64,000 nucleotides of DNA. Origin: Gammaproteobacteria bacterium. GTDB lineage: Bacteria; Pseudomonadota; Gammaproteobacteria; CAJXQU01. This document shows, piece by piece, positions 1-9,840 of the stretch. Positions within the stretch are counted from its first letter, which is position 1. Every line of letters begins with the position of its first letter. The notes under the pieces were generated by a model, which was not told the origin of the DNA, searched no databases, and was given only the letters and a program-made list of their open reading frames with translations. The position numbers were made by a program, and so were the translations under genes. The stretch spans positions 416,001 to 480,000 of the forward strand of contig CBDEGZ010000003.1 in assembly GCA_965238175.1 (NCBI GenBank), given 5' to 3'.

Positions 1-1
1 A

Positions 2-364
2 CAAATCCCATCCGAAAAAGACCAAGTCAAGCTAGTTAATGAATCTATGCATCTATTTGCTGTTTCTGTAAAAGAAAAAAACATGTCTAAGATGTTTGAT
101 CATGTTTCAAACCTTTGGCAAAAGCAAATCAGCGTTATCGAATTTGATGAAATATTCGGCTCATTTTATCAATTTGGTGATGCACTAATGATACTGGATC
201 AACACTCACCACAATTTTCAGAAAAAGGCTCAATCAATGAAGAAGGGGTTTTATTGCTAAAAGGTTTATACCCCACCAAACCAAGTCAATTATATTTTGA
301 ACAAAAATACATCTATGAGGGTTTAGGTTGGAAGTTAATAGGACTCAATGTCAATATTAAATAG
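2..364 (+). CDS. Hypothetical protein, probable integron gene cassette (5' end off-window)
   Basis: Frame is open from position 2 to TAG 362-364; an attC-like site starts 3 nt after the stop. Confidence 0.6.
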   Translation, partial: QIPSEKDQVKLVNESMHLFAVSVKEKNMSKMFDHVSNLWQKQISVIEFDEIFGSFYQFGDALMILDQHSPQFSEKGSINEEGVLLLKGLYPTKPSQLYFEQKYIYEGLGWKLIGLNVNIK

Positions 365-367
365 AAA

Positions 368-454
368 GACTAACAAAAACATTAAGTCGTTTTCTGCACT
401 CACTGGGGTGTTCCGCTCGCATCTCGCTACGCCCCCTTTATGTTGGCGTTACAT
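368..454 (+). mobile_element. attC-like integron recombination site
   Basis: R''-like GACTAAC (368-374) and R'-like GTTACAT (448-454); inner boxes AACATTAAG / CTTTATGTT; GC-rich imperfect palindromic centre; lies between two co-oriented ORFs. Confidence 0.75.
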
Positions 455-482
455 TAATGTTACATTGAATTTAGGTGAAAGA

Positions 483-1256
483 ATGAGCAAATACATGCTA
501 GTTATTTTTGCGCTTACGTTTTCCTGCTTTGCTTTTTCTCAAGGTGAGCAAAGCTCTGCTAAATATGTGACATATGGAGAGCTAATTAACTCTTTAGAAG
601 AAATCGCAAAAAATAGCTTTGAAGATTCTGAAGTTCTTAGACGTGAATTTGTTAAATTACAAAAGTCTCATGATGTGTCAAGTAGTGAGAATATTTATCG
701 TAAATTCGTGCGAGTGCGAATGGCTTTCGAGGCCACAAGAGATTCAGGATTATGGCAATTACGCTGGGCTGTAACGAACAAAGAACCAAATTCCAGTTCA
801 ATTTGGAGTCAATGGAATCATCTTTCAAATCCGAAGTATATTGAAGAAAATGATGCGGAGCCCACTGCTGTGGCGGAATGTGATGAGCTTTCGGCGTTAT
901 TTGCCTTCATTTCCAGAGGGTTAGGTGTGAAGAACGTCGGCCTCTTCTGGCCAACTTGGAACCATACTGTGGCCGTGTGGACGACGGAAAACAAGAACGG
1001 TAATCTTGTGCGTATTGTTATCCCTACATCTCAAATATTCATTAGCGAAAATGCAACATTGGGCACTAAAGAGTTTGATCCTTATAAACAGAAAAATATT
1101 TATGAATATAGCCGTAAGGATATACAGAAAGATCATAAGATCTCAGCGGGGTTGGCGGAAATGATGATCCGGCAGGTTAAAGAATACGGCGCTAAGCCAT
1201 CCTCTTATTTGCAAGACCGTAGAAATCGGCTATCTCAACTGTTTGGTGGATCATAA
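483..1256 (+). CDS. Secreted protein, possible transglutaminase-like Cys-His protein (cassette)
   Basis: ATG 483 with AGGTG SD; signal peptide MSKYMLVIFALTFSCFAFS; AECDELS and NHTVAVW motifs. Confidence 0.6.
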   Translation: MSKYMLVIFALTFSCFAFSQGEQSSAKYVTYGELINSLEEIAKNSFEDSEVLRREFVKLQKSHDVSSSENIYRKFVRVRMAFEATRDSGLWQLRWAVTNKEPNSSSIWSQWNHLSNPKYIEENDAEPTAVAECDELSALFAFISRGLGVKNVGLFWPTWNHTVAVWTTENKNGNLVRIVIPTSQIFISENATLGTKEFDPYKQKNIYEYSRKDIQKDHKISAGLAEMMIRQVKEYGAKPSSYLQDRRNRLSQLFGGS

Positions 1257-1303
1257 ACTTTAAGTCAGCAGGACGCCGCTCGCGGTGCCTCTTGTCGTCA
1301 CCC
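1252..1303 (+). mobile_element. Degenerate attC-like site
   Basis: Overlaps the stop codon (CATAAAC); AAGTCAGCAGGACGCCGC-TC-GCGGTGCCTCT hairpin; R' degraded to GTCA. Confidence 0.45.
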
Positions 1304-1443
1304 ATGCAATAAGCGATATAGCATTTCAAATAAAACTTTCACACAAGCCTAGTGAAAAAGATATTCTGGAAAATTTAGTGTCTGTTGGAAAGAAATTTTA
1401 TTCAAACATTCAGTTTATGGAAAGTAGGCTTAAATAACTTAGG

Positions 1444-1506
1444 TATAAACAAGAACAATTAAGAAGGACAAACCTCCGTAGCTTGCCCTCATTGCAGGCA
1501 TTATGT
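1444..1506 (+). mobile_element. Degenerate attC-like site
   Basis: TATAAAC...CAATTAAG...CTCATTG...GGCATTATGT (R' GTT changed to ATT); immediately followed by SD and GTG of the next ORF remnant. Confidence 0.5.
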
Positions 1507-1522
1507 GTATTGAGGATAATTA

Positions 1523-1783
1523 GTGACTTTAGAAAATCTAAATGATAACGAAATTAGTATTGTTGGCGAGTACCTAGATAATGCTGCAAATGGGCCATTT
1601 TTCCCAACTGGGAGTTTGAAACATTGTTTGGAGTTAGTAGAAAAGAAATCAAAAATGTCGCAAATAACTTCCCCAATGTTGTGACAGTCCAGAAGAAAAA
1701 AATAATGATAGTTCGCTCATTATTAACAACACACTTGTTAGTTTAGTTGGTTACCCGCATCAATTCGATGGCAAATTGAAATG
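1523..1783 (+). pseudogene. Frameshifted small hypothetical cassette gene
   Basis: GAGGA SD plus GTG; the segments LENLNDNEISIVGEYLDNAANGPFFP / WEFETLFGVSRKEI / IINNTLVSLVGYPH require frame changes to join. Confidence 0.5.
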
Positions 1784-1930
1784 ATTTAAAACTTTTAAAG
1801 GCCTTGGCTTCTTTGGCAATTCTGACCAGAATCAATAGTTCATCCAACAGCTCTCGTAAAACGAAAAGATGAGGTCATTTATCTCTTGCAGCATTGGCCT
1901 TCATAATCTGGGAAACTACTTCGCGACTTT

Positions 1931-2962
<1,032 letters not shown>

Positions 2963-3020
2963 TTATTGCCCCAATCGTACAATCATTAAGTGTCGTCGAA
3001 AGCGTGCTATTATACGAAGC

Positions 3021-4328
3021 ATGGTGCAATCCTCCAATGATATTATCCCTTTCCCATCAAAACCACGTATTTATAAACGATCAGAGCACAATATTTCACG
3101 CGACGCCATCTCGGAACAAGCATTAAAAGTACTCTATCGACTCCAACAAGCAGGTTACCAGGCGCATCTTGTTGGAGGTGGTGTACGTGATATTTTACTC
3201 GGCGTGGCTCCCAAAGATTTTGATATCGCGACCGATGCCAAGCCCGAACAGGTTCGTGAACTATTTCGAAATTGCAGATTAATCGGTCGTCGTTTTCGGC
3301 TTGCACACGTCCATTTTGGTCGTGAGATTATCGAAGTTGCAACGTTTCGGGCCAATCATGAAACAGGCGGTGATCGATTAATCGAAGACGGTATGATCCT
3401 GCGTGACAATGTTTATGGTGATATTGATGATGATGTCTGGCGACGCGACTTTACTGTCAATGCGCTTTACTACAATATCGCCGATTTTTCGATCGTTGAT
3501 TATGTCGGTGGCGTCGAAGATGTAAAAGCAGGGCTGATTAAATTCATCGGCGATCCGGAAGAACGTTACCGTGAAGATCCTGTGCGAATGCTACGCGCGA
3601 TCAGATTCGCGGCTAAACTCGATTTCACAATCGATCGAGCTACAGAAAAGTCGATCTCGGAACTCACCTATCTGCTCGGCGACATTCCAACCGCGCGCTT
3701 ATTTGAGGAAGTAAACAAACTCTTCCTCAGCGGTTATGCTCTAAAAACCTTTACGCAACTCCGTCATTACGGATTATTTGATCAATTATTTCCACAAGTT
3801 GAAAAGAGCCTGCAAGAAGAAAAAAATAGCTTTACAGAAAAAATATTGATCCAGGCGCTAAAAAATACCGATGAACGAATTGCGATCGGCAAACCAATTA
3901 ACCCTGCTTTTCTATACTCGGTAATGTTGTGGCAACCAATGCAAGAACATCTCAACCACTTCCTTAGCAATGGTGCCCACCCCGTAGAAGCTCAGCGCTT
4001 GGCCGCGGATACGGTCATCTCAAAACAAATCGCGAAAGTGGCTGTTCCGCGACGATTTACTCATATGGTACGTGAGATCTGGGAACTGCAGCACCGCTTA
4101 CAAAATCGACGTGGTAAGAAACCTTATAACCTACTACACAACAAACGTTTCCGGGCAGCGTATGACTTTTTGCTACTGCGGTCAGAAGTCGATGAAACCC
4201 AAAAAGAACTAGCTGATTGGTGGACTGAGTTTCAGGATGTTGATGAAGATCGTCAGCGTGAAATGCAAACCGGTTTACCTGCGGATAAATCAAAACGTCG
4301 TCGTTCAAGAAAACGCAAAAAGTCTTAA
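3021..4328 (+). CDS. pcnB: Poly(A) polymerase I
   Basis: LVGGGVRD, PKDFDIAT, LIGRRFRLAHV signature, RRDFTVNAL; upstream of folK; start uncertain. Confidence 0.95.
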   Translation: MVQSSNDIIPFPSKPRIYKRSEHNISRDAISEQALKVLYRLQQAGYQAHLVGGGVRDILLGVAPKDFDIATDAKPEQVRELFRNCRLIGRRFRLAHVHFGREIIEVATFRANHETGGDRLIEDGMILRDNVYGDIDDDVWRRDFTVNALYYNIADFSIVDYVGGVEDVKAGLIKFIGDPEERYREDPVRMLRAIRFAAKLDFTIDRATEKSISELTYLLGDIPTARLFEEVNKLFLSGYALKTFTQLRHYGLFDQLFPQVEKSLQEEKNSFTEKILIQALKNTDERIAIGKPINPAFLYSVMLWQPMQEHLNHFLSNGAHPVEAQRLAADTVISKQIAKVAVPRRFTHMVREIWELQHRLQNRRGKKPYNLLHNKRFRAAYDFLLLRSEVDETQKELADWWTEFQDVDEDRQREMQTGLPADKSKRRRSRKRKKS

Positions 4329-4393
4329 TTTTAAAGCTTTAAATCACCGAAAACGGCACTGAATCTGTCCGAACATTTCAGTACAATAATCAA

Positions 4394-4891
4394 ATGTCAG
4401 AATTCAACGCCTATATTGGTCTCGGAAGTAATCTCGAAGATCCTATCAAACAAGTTCGTACCGCGCTCCAAGAGTTAGATCAAATTAAATCAAGCAAATT
4501 GATCAAACATTCATCGCTTTATAAAAGTGATCCTGTTGGGCCTGCTGGTCAGCCGGATTACATTAATGCCGTTGCTGAGATCAAAACGCGACTCAAGCCA
4601 ATAACTTTATTACAAGCTTTGCAGGCAATAGAACAGGATCATCAACGCGTTCGTTTAAAACGTTGGGGTCCTCGAACGTTGGATCTTGATCTCTTGATTT
4701 ATGCGGATCAAAAAATTGATGAGCCGGATTTAATCGTCCCACATATTATGATCGCAGAACGTTCATTTGTACTTTACCCTCTGGCAGAAATTGCATCTGA
4801 TATCCAAATTCCAGGGTTAGCATCAATGCCAGAGTTGCTTAAAAACGTGTCCAGAAAAGGACTTTCTAAATTATCAAACGAGACCTTTTAG
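4394..4891 (+). CDS. folK: HPPK (2-amino-4-hydroxy-6-hydroxymethyldihydropteridine diphosphokinase)
   Basis: YIGLGSNL, RWGPRTLDLDLL. Confidence 0.96.
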   Translation: MSEFNAYIGLGSNLEDPIKQVRTALQELDQIKSSKLIKHSSLYKSDPVGPAGQPDYINAVAEIKTRLKPITLLQALQAIEQDHQRVRLKRWGPRTLDLDLLIYADQKIDEPDLIVPHIMIAERSFVLYPLAEIASDIQIPGLASMPELLKNVSRKGLSKLSNETF

Positions 4892-4926
4892 TTTGGTTTG
4901 TGTAGTTAGTTTAAGAGTAGCAAGGA

Positions 4927-5568
4927 ATGAATAATCCTCTCAAATATATTGTGGTTGAAGGTTCGATTGGGGTTGGAAAAACAACACTGGCGAAACGCTT
5001 AGCAAAGCATTTTGGATCGGATCTTATCCTCGAAGGCGCAGCCGAAAATCCTTTCTTACCCTCATTTTATGAGAATCCAGCGGGTGCGGCACTCGCCGCT
5101 CAGCTTTTCTTCTTATTTCAGCGCATTGAACAGATCAAATCGATGATTCAGGACGACATGTTTAATCCAGTGCGCGTTGCTGATTTTATGCTCGAAAAAG
5201 ATCGCTTGTTTGCGGAACTGACATTGACAGAAGAGGAACTGAAGTTATACGACCAGGTCTACGCTGAAATGGCTGTTGATGCACCAACCCCCGATCTGGT
5301 GATCTATTTGCAAGCACCCATAGAAATTTTGTTAGCGCGGATAAAAAAACGCGGAATTGATCATGAACAGGGAATGGATGCAGATTATCTTCAACGATTA
5401 AGTGAAGCCTATGTGCGATTTTTCTATCACTACAAAAAAGCGCCTTTGCTGATCATAAACACAACCGAGGTAAATTTTGCCGAAGGTGAAGAAGATTTTG
5501 CTATGCTACTCTCTCACATCAGAGAATTACCCAGAGGCGTAACCTACTTTAATCAAATGACGAATTAA
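4927..5568 (+). CDS. Deoxynucleoside kinase family protein
   Basis: VEGSIGVGKTT P-loop, ENPFL, PDLVIYLQA; usual folK-dNK-panB context. Confidence 0.9.
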   Translation: MNNPLKYIVVEGSIGVGKTTLAKRLAKHFGSDLILEGAAENPFLPSFYENPAGAALAAQLFFLFQRIEQIKSMIQDDMFNPVRVADFMLEKDRLFAELTLTEEELKLYDQVYAEMAVDAPTPDLVIYLQAPIEILLARIKKRGIDHEQGMDADYLQRLSEAYVRFFYHYKKAPLLIINTTEVNFAEGEEDFAMLLSHIRELPRGVTYFNQMTN

Positions 5569-5570
5569 AC

Positions 5571-6389
5571 ATGAAAAAAGTATCTCCAAAAAAATCCCAA
5601 AAAATATCAGTCACCCGACTACGTCAAATGAAAAAAGAGGGCGAAAAAATCGCCATTTTAACGTCTTATGACGCGACCTTTTCCGCATTATTAGATGAAG
5701 CAGGTGTCGATGTACAACTTGTGGGGGATTCGCTTGGCATGGTCATCCACGGTCAAGATTCCACCGTCTCCGTGACTATCGAAGATATGATCTACCATTC
5801 TTCCATAGTCAGTCAGGCAAACAAGCGTAGTTTGATCATCACTGATATGCCGTTTATGAGCTATGCAACACCAGAACAAGCCATGACAAACGCTGCGAGA
5901 TTAATGAGTGAAGGCGGGGCAGAAGTGATCAAAATGGAAGGTGGTGCATGGTTAGAAGAGACCATCTCTCTACTTAGTTCACGGGGAATTCCTGTCTGTG
6001 CTCATTTAGGTTTATTACCACAATCGGTTCATAAATTAGGTGGTTATCGAGTTCATGGTCGTGATAAGACTAGTGCAAAACAGATCCTGAAAGATGCAAA
6101 AAATCTGGAAAAAGCCGGCGCTGAAATAATGGTTATTGAGCTTGTGACCAGAAAGCTTGCTGCAGAGATCTGCGAGGCTGTTTCAATTCCCGTTATTGGA
6201 ATTGGGGCGGGTTCAGATTGCGACGGCCAAGTGTTGGTTTTACATGACATGCTTGGAATTGGTGGGCGTTACATGAAAATGTGTAAAAACTTTATGGCCG
6301 AAAGTGACAGCATTCAAAACGCGATCAAAAACTATGTGGAAGAAGTCAAAACCGGCTCTTTCCCTGCTAATGAGCACGGTTTCGACTAA
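5571..6389 (+). CDS. panB: 3-methyl-2-oxobutanoate hydroxymethyltransferase
   Basis: LVGDSLGMV, KMEGG, IGIGAG..CDGQVLV. Confidence 0.96.
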   Translation: MKKVSPKKSQKISVTRLRQMKKEGEKIAILTSYDATFSALLDEAGVDVQLVGDSLGMVIHGQDSTVSVTIEDMIYHSSIVSQANKRSLIITDMPFMSYATPEQAMTNAARLMSEGGAEVIKMEGGAWLEETISLLSSRGIPVCAHLGLLPQSVHKLGGYRVHGRDKTSAKQILKDAKNLEKAGAEIMVIELVTRKLAAEICEAVSIPVIGIGAGSDCDGQVLVLHDMLGIGGRYMKMCKNFMAESDSIQNAIKNYVEEVKTGSFPANEHGFD

Positions 6390-7246
6390 TGAATACCATT
6401 ATCCACGTTGCCGAACTAAGAAGTCAGGTGAAAAAATGGCGCATGGCAGGCGAAAGTATTTGCTTAGTTCCGACGATGGGAAATCTGCATGAAGGTCATC
6501 TTGCATTGGTCGACCGGGCTAAACAGTTATCTGATCATGTCATCGCGTCGATTTTTGTTAATCCGATGCAATTTATTCAGGGCGAAGATTTTGCAACCTA
6601 TCCACGAACAATGGAGCAGGATAGCCTCGCTTTATTTGAACGGGGTGTGAACACTCTATTCTCGCCCGAAGTTGATGAAGTTTATCCCGCTGGTTTAGAA
6701 AACCACACCGAAGTTTCAGTTCCGGCATTGGATGGTTTTCTCTGCGGCGCTTCAAGACCAGGACATTTCAGCGGTGTTGCTACGGTCGTTTCAAAATTAT
6801 TCAATCTAGTACAACCTGACACGGCCATCTTTGGTCAAAAAGATTATCAGCAACTGCTAGTGATCAAACACATGGTCAACGATTTATGCATGCCTATCGA
6901 CATACAATCTTTACCAACCGTCAGAGAAGAAGATGGGCTCGCACTCAGCTCACGTAATGGTTATTTAACTGAAAAAGATCGAAAAACAGCGCCAGCGATA
7001 TATCAACAGCTGACCGAAATAACTGAGCAGATCAAAAATGGAAATATAAACTTTTCTGATCTGGAAAAAACCGGTAAAGAAAGTTTAAAACAACTGGGTT
7101 TTGAACCTGAATATTTAAGTATTCGTCGTCAAGATGATCTCAATATCGCAGATCAAAAACGCGATCAAAAACTCATTATTCTTGTCGCCGCACGACTAGG
7201 CACAACTCGTCTTATCGACAATATATTGGTATCTCGATCATTATGA
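6389..7246 (+). CDS. panC: Pantoate-beta-alanine ligase
   Basis: VPTMGNLHEGH, SRPGHF, FGQKDYQQ, RLIDN. Confidence 0.96.
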   Translation: MNTIIHVAELRSQVKKWRMAGESICLVPTMGNLHEGHLALVDRAKQLSDHVIASIFVNPMQFIQGEDFATYPRTMEQDSLALFERGVNTLFSPEVDEVYPAGLENHTEVSVPALDGFLCGASRPGHFSGVATVVSKLFNLVQPDTAIFGQKDYQQLLVIKHMVNDLCMPIDIQSLPTVREEDGLALSSRNGYLTEKDRKTAPAIYQQLTEITEQIKNGNINFSDLEKTGKESLKQLGFEPEYLSIRRQDDLNIADQKRDQKLIILVAARLGTTRLIDNILVSRSL

Positions 7247-8004
7247 CTATTGAAAAAGAAACCGCGAACAGGGCAAATACAGCAGCCGTTATTATCATCG
7301 GAAACGAAATTCTTTCTGGTCGCACACAGGATATTAACCTTTCTTATCTGGGAAAACGTTTTGATCAATTAGGTATTAGTTTGGTCGAAGCGCGCATTGT
7401 TCGCGATGTTCCGGAAGAAATCATTGATGCGGTTAATCATCTAAGAAACGAGTATGAGTATGTATTCACTACTGGTGGAATCGGTCCTACACATGACGAT
7501 ATAACTACCGACTGTATCGCTCAAGCTTTTGGCGTTAACATTGAAATTAACCCTGAAGCAGTAAAATACGTTGCCCATGGTGATAAGCCAGATCAAATTT
7601 CGGACGCTCGAATGAAAATGGCAAAAATCCCAGTCGGTGCAACACTGGTGGATAATCCTGTCAGCGGTGCACCAGGCTATCGACTTGAAAATGTCTATGT
7701 CTTCGCCGGCGTACCCAACATTATGCAAGCAATGTTTGAAGGAATGGCACATGAACTTGTTGGTGGCGATCCTGTTTTGACCAAAACCGTCAGCACACAC
7801 ATGCGCGAAAGCCAGATAGCTGAAGGATTAGAAAAACTACAAAATGAATATCCAGATATCAATATTGGAAGCTACCCGTTTTATAAAGAGCAACGCTTTG
7901 GTGTGAACATTGTCACTCGTGGCACAGATCAAAAGGAACTTGAAACGCTTGATCAAAAATTACGTGATTTGATTATTAAACTTGGACATCAACCAATCAA
8001 ATAA
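7243..8004 (+). CDS. CinA-like molybdopterin-binding domain protein
   Basis: IIIGNEILSGRTQD, TTGGIGPTHDDIT. Confidence 0.88.
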   Translation: MTIEKETANRANTAAVIIIGNEILSGRTQDINLSYLGKRFDQLGISLVEARIVRDVPEEIIDAVNHLRNEYEYVFTTGGIGPTHDDITTDCIAQAFGVNIEINPEAVKYVAHGDKPDQISDARMKMAKIPVGATLVDNPVSGAPGYRLENVYVFAGVPNIMQAMFEGMAHELVGGDPVLTKTVSTHMRESQIAEGLEKLQNEYPDINIGSYPFYKEQRFGVNIVTRGTDQKELETLDQKLRDLIIKLGHQPIK

Positions 8005-8031
8005 TGGTAAAGAAGGCAAAAATGAGCTGGC

Positions 8032-9618
8032 TTATAAATCCTTAAATTTCAGATTATATTTATTTAAGTAAACTCTTATTCGCTGTGAATCATTATTAGT
8101 TTCCTTTTTTGAACTACTTCGATTAAAAAGTTGCCTACCTGCATCAGCCATACTTTTGCTTTCTTTGCAGAGACGAATAACATGTGTAAGTTGTGCCTGT
8201 TCAAACAAATCTAGATTTTCATAAGCTCCACTTGTGAGCGTATTTTTAAGCAGCTCATCATCACTATTGCTTTTAGAATCTTTGTAACCATTCCAATCCA
8301 TCTGTAATCGCTGTATTTCATGATCAACAATACTCTCCGTAATTCGGCCACCCGTCGCTAAGGTTGCCATTCGGGTGATACTCGAATTCAGATCACGAAA
8401 GTTTGCTTTCCATTCAGCGAAAGAACTTAACGAGAACGCAAGGTATTTTGATTTTGCCGAGCTGTTAAAACCAATTTTATGATTCATATCCTGTGCATAG
8501 CGTTGAAGTTCATATTCTATATTTGGTTCAATATCTTCATAACGTTCTTTGAGTGAAGGCAGCTGGTAGTTCCACAAGTTGATTCTGGCTAGTAGATCTT
8601 CTCTGAATTTACCTTCTTCAACGAGTTGATAGAGATTGCGATTTGTTCCTGCGATGAGCTGAAAATCGCTGCTGACTTTTTGATCGGAACCAAACGGAGT
8701 AAACACTTTTTCTTCAATCGCTCGTAGTAACATGGCTTGTTCGTCTAAACCGAGCTCACCGATTTCATCCAAAAAAAGTAACCCGTGATTTGCTTCTAAT
8801 AATAATCCATTTCGATTATTCACAGCTCCTGTATAGGCGCCCTTTATATGCCCAAACAGCGTAGACATGGCATTATCACCACGCAATGTTGCGCAATTAA
8901 CTTCGACTAATTGCCCTTTAAGCTGTGTGCGCTGCTGTTTTAATTCGTATATTTTTTTGGCTAAATGTGACTTGCCAACACCAGTTGGTCCCATCAATAA
9001 AATAGGCGCTTTTGATCGAATAGCAACTTGCTCAATTTCATCAATAAGTTGGTTATATCGTTTATTGCGGGTTTCGATTCCATCTTTAAGATAACTAATG
9101 TCTTGTTGGGCATCGCGGTTAAATCGAGAGGCAATTTGATCATAACGAGAAAGATCCAGATCAATAGTAAATAACTCACCATGCGCACCTTCTTTACTCG
9201 GTGCAGTCTGAATCAGTTTACCCGGGAAATAATTCGCTTCAGTCAGCAGATAAATACAGATCTGTGCGACGTGCGTTCCTGTCGTGATATGAAAATGGTA
9301 GTTGTTATTTTCAGGATCAAAATTGTAAGCATGTGAAAAGTCGTGCAGTTGACTATAGACCTGCTCAAAATCCCAGGGATCATCATAGTCTACAAGGTAA
9401 ATAGAAATCTCAATATCCAGGCAAAGAGTGCTGATGTCTTTTAAAGTGAGGTCTAATAATGCCTGATCTTGTTTGTGATAGATCAGGATCAATTCATCAA
9501 CTGGAAACTCATGGTGCATCAACAATGACATGGTTGGACGCCAGCGTAACCAGCGCTTACTTCCAAGGCCTACATTATCAAGACGAGAGCCTAAAATCCC
9601 AATAACTATATTATTCAT
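8032..9618 (-). CDS. rtcR: RNA-repair sigma54-dependent activator RtcR
   Basis: N-terminal RWRPT, DPWDFEQVY, HITTGTHVAQIC (RtcR sensor domain); AAA+ GPTGVGKS, GAYTGA, LFLDEIGEL; divergent from rtcB. Confidence 0.95.
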   Translation of the reverse strand: MNNIVIGILGSRLDNVGLGSKRWLRWRPTMSLLMHHEFPVDELILIYHKQDQALLDLTLKDISTLCLDIEISIYLVDYDDPWDFEQVYSQLHDFSHAYNFDPENNNYHFHITTGTHVAQICIYLLTEANYFPGKLIQTAPSKEGAHGELFTIDLDLSRYDQIASRFNRDAQQDISYLKDGIETRNKRYNQLIDEIEQVAIRSKAPILLMGPTGVGKSHLAKKIYELKQQRTQLKGQLVEVNCATLRGDNAMSTLFGHIKGAYTGAVNNRNGLLLEANHGLLFLDEIGELGLDEQAMLLRAIEEKVFTPFGSDQKVSSDFQLIAGTNRNLYQLVEEGKFREDLLARINLWNYQLPSLKERYEDIEPNIEYELQRYAQDMNHKIGFNSSAKSKYLAFSLSSFAEWKANFRDLNSSITRMATLATGGRITESIVDHEIQRLQMDWNGYKDSKSNSDDELLKNTLTSGAYENLDLFEQAQLTHVIRLCKESKSMADAGRQLFNRSSSKKETNNDSQRIRVYLNKYNLKFKDL

Positions 9619-9641
9619 AAATATATAATTATATATTTATA

Positions 9642-9667
9642 GATAGATTTCAAGAATATTATCTATC
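9642..9667. promoter_or_regulatory. Candidate RtcR upstream activator site
   Basis: Inverted repeat GATAGAT-N12-ATCTATC about 100 bp upstream of the sigma54 promoter; IHF-like TTTCAATAACTTA at 9716-9728 lies between. Confidence 0.45.
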
Positions 9668-9757
9668 ATCATATTTCTACTAAAACACATCATAAAAAAA
9701 ATATTAATTTATATATTTCAATAACTTAAATATAAATTTCCAAGCTTGCAAAAAAGC

Positions 9758-9773
9758 TGGCAGGCCCATTGCA
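9758..9773 (+). promoter_or_regulatory. Sigma54 (-24/-12) promoter of rtcB operon
   Basis: TGGCAGGCCCATTGCA with exact GG-N10-GC spacing. Confidence 0.88.
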
Positions 9774-9840
9774 ATAATCTCTATCGAAAACAATTGAAAC
9801 GAATACTAAATTACTAAACAAGAATAGAAGGAAGATCAAA

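Noticed and set aside
348-482. ORF-track N-terminal extension of the 302-aa ORF
   Set aside because: It runs through the attC site; the SD and signal peptide point to ATG 483.
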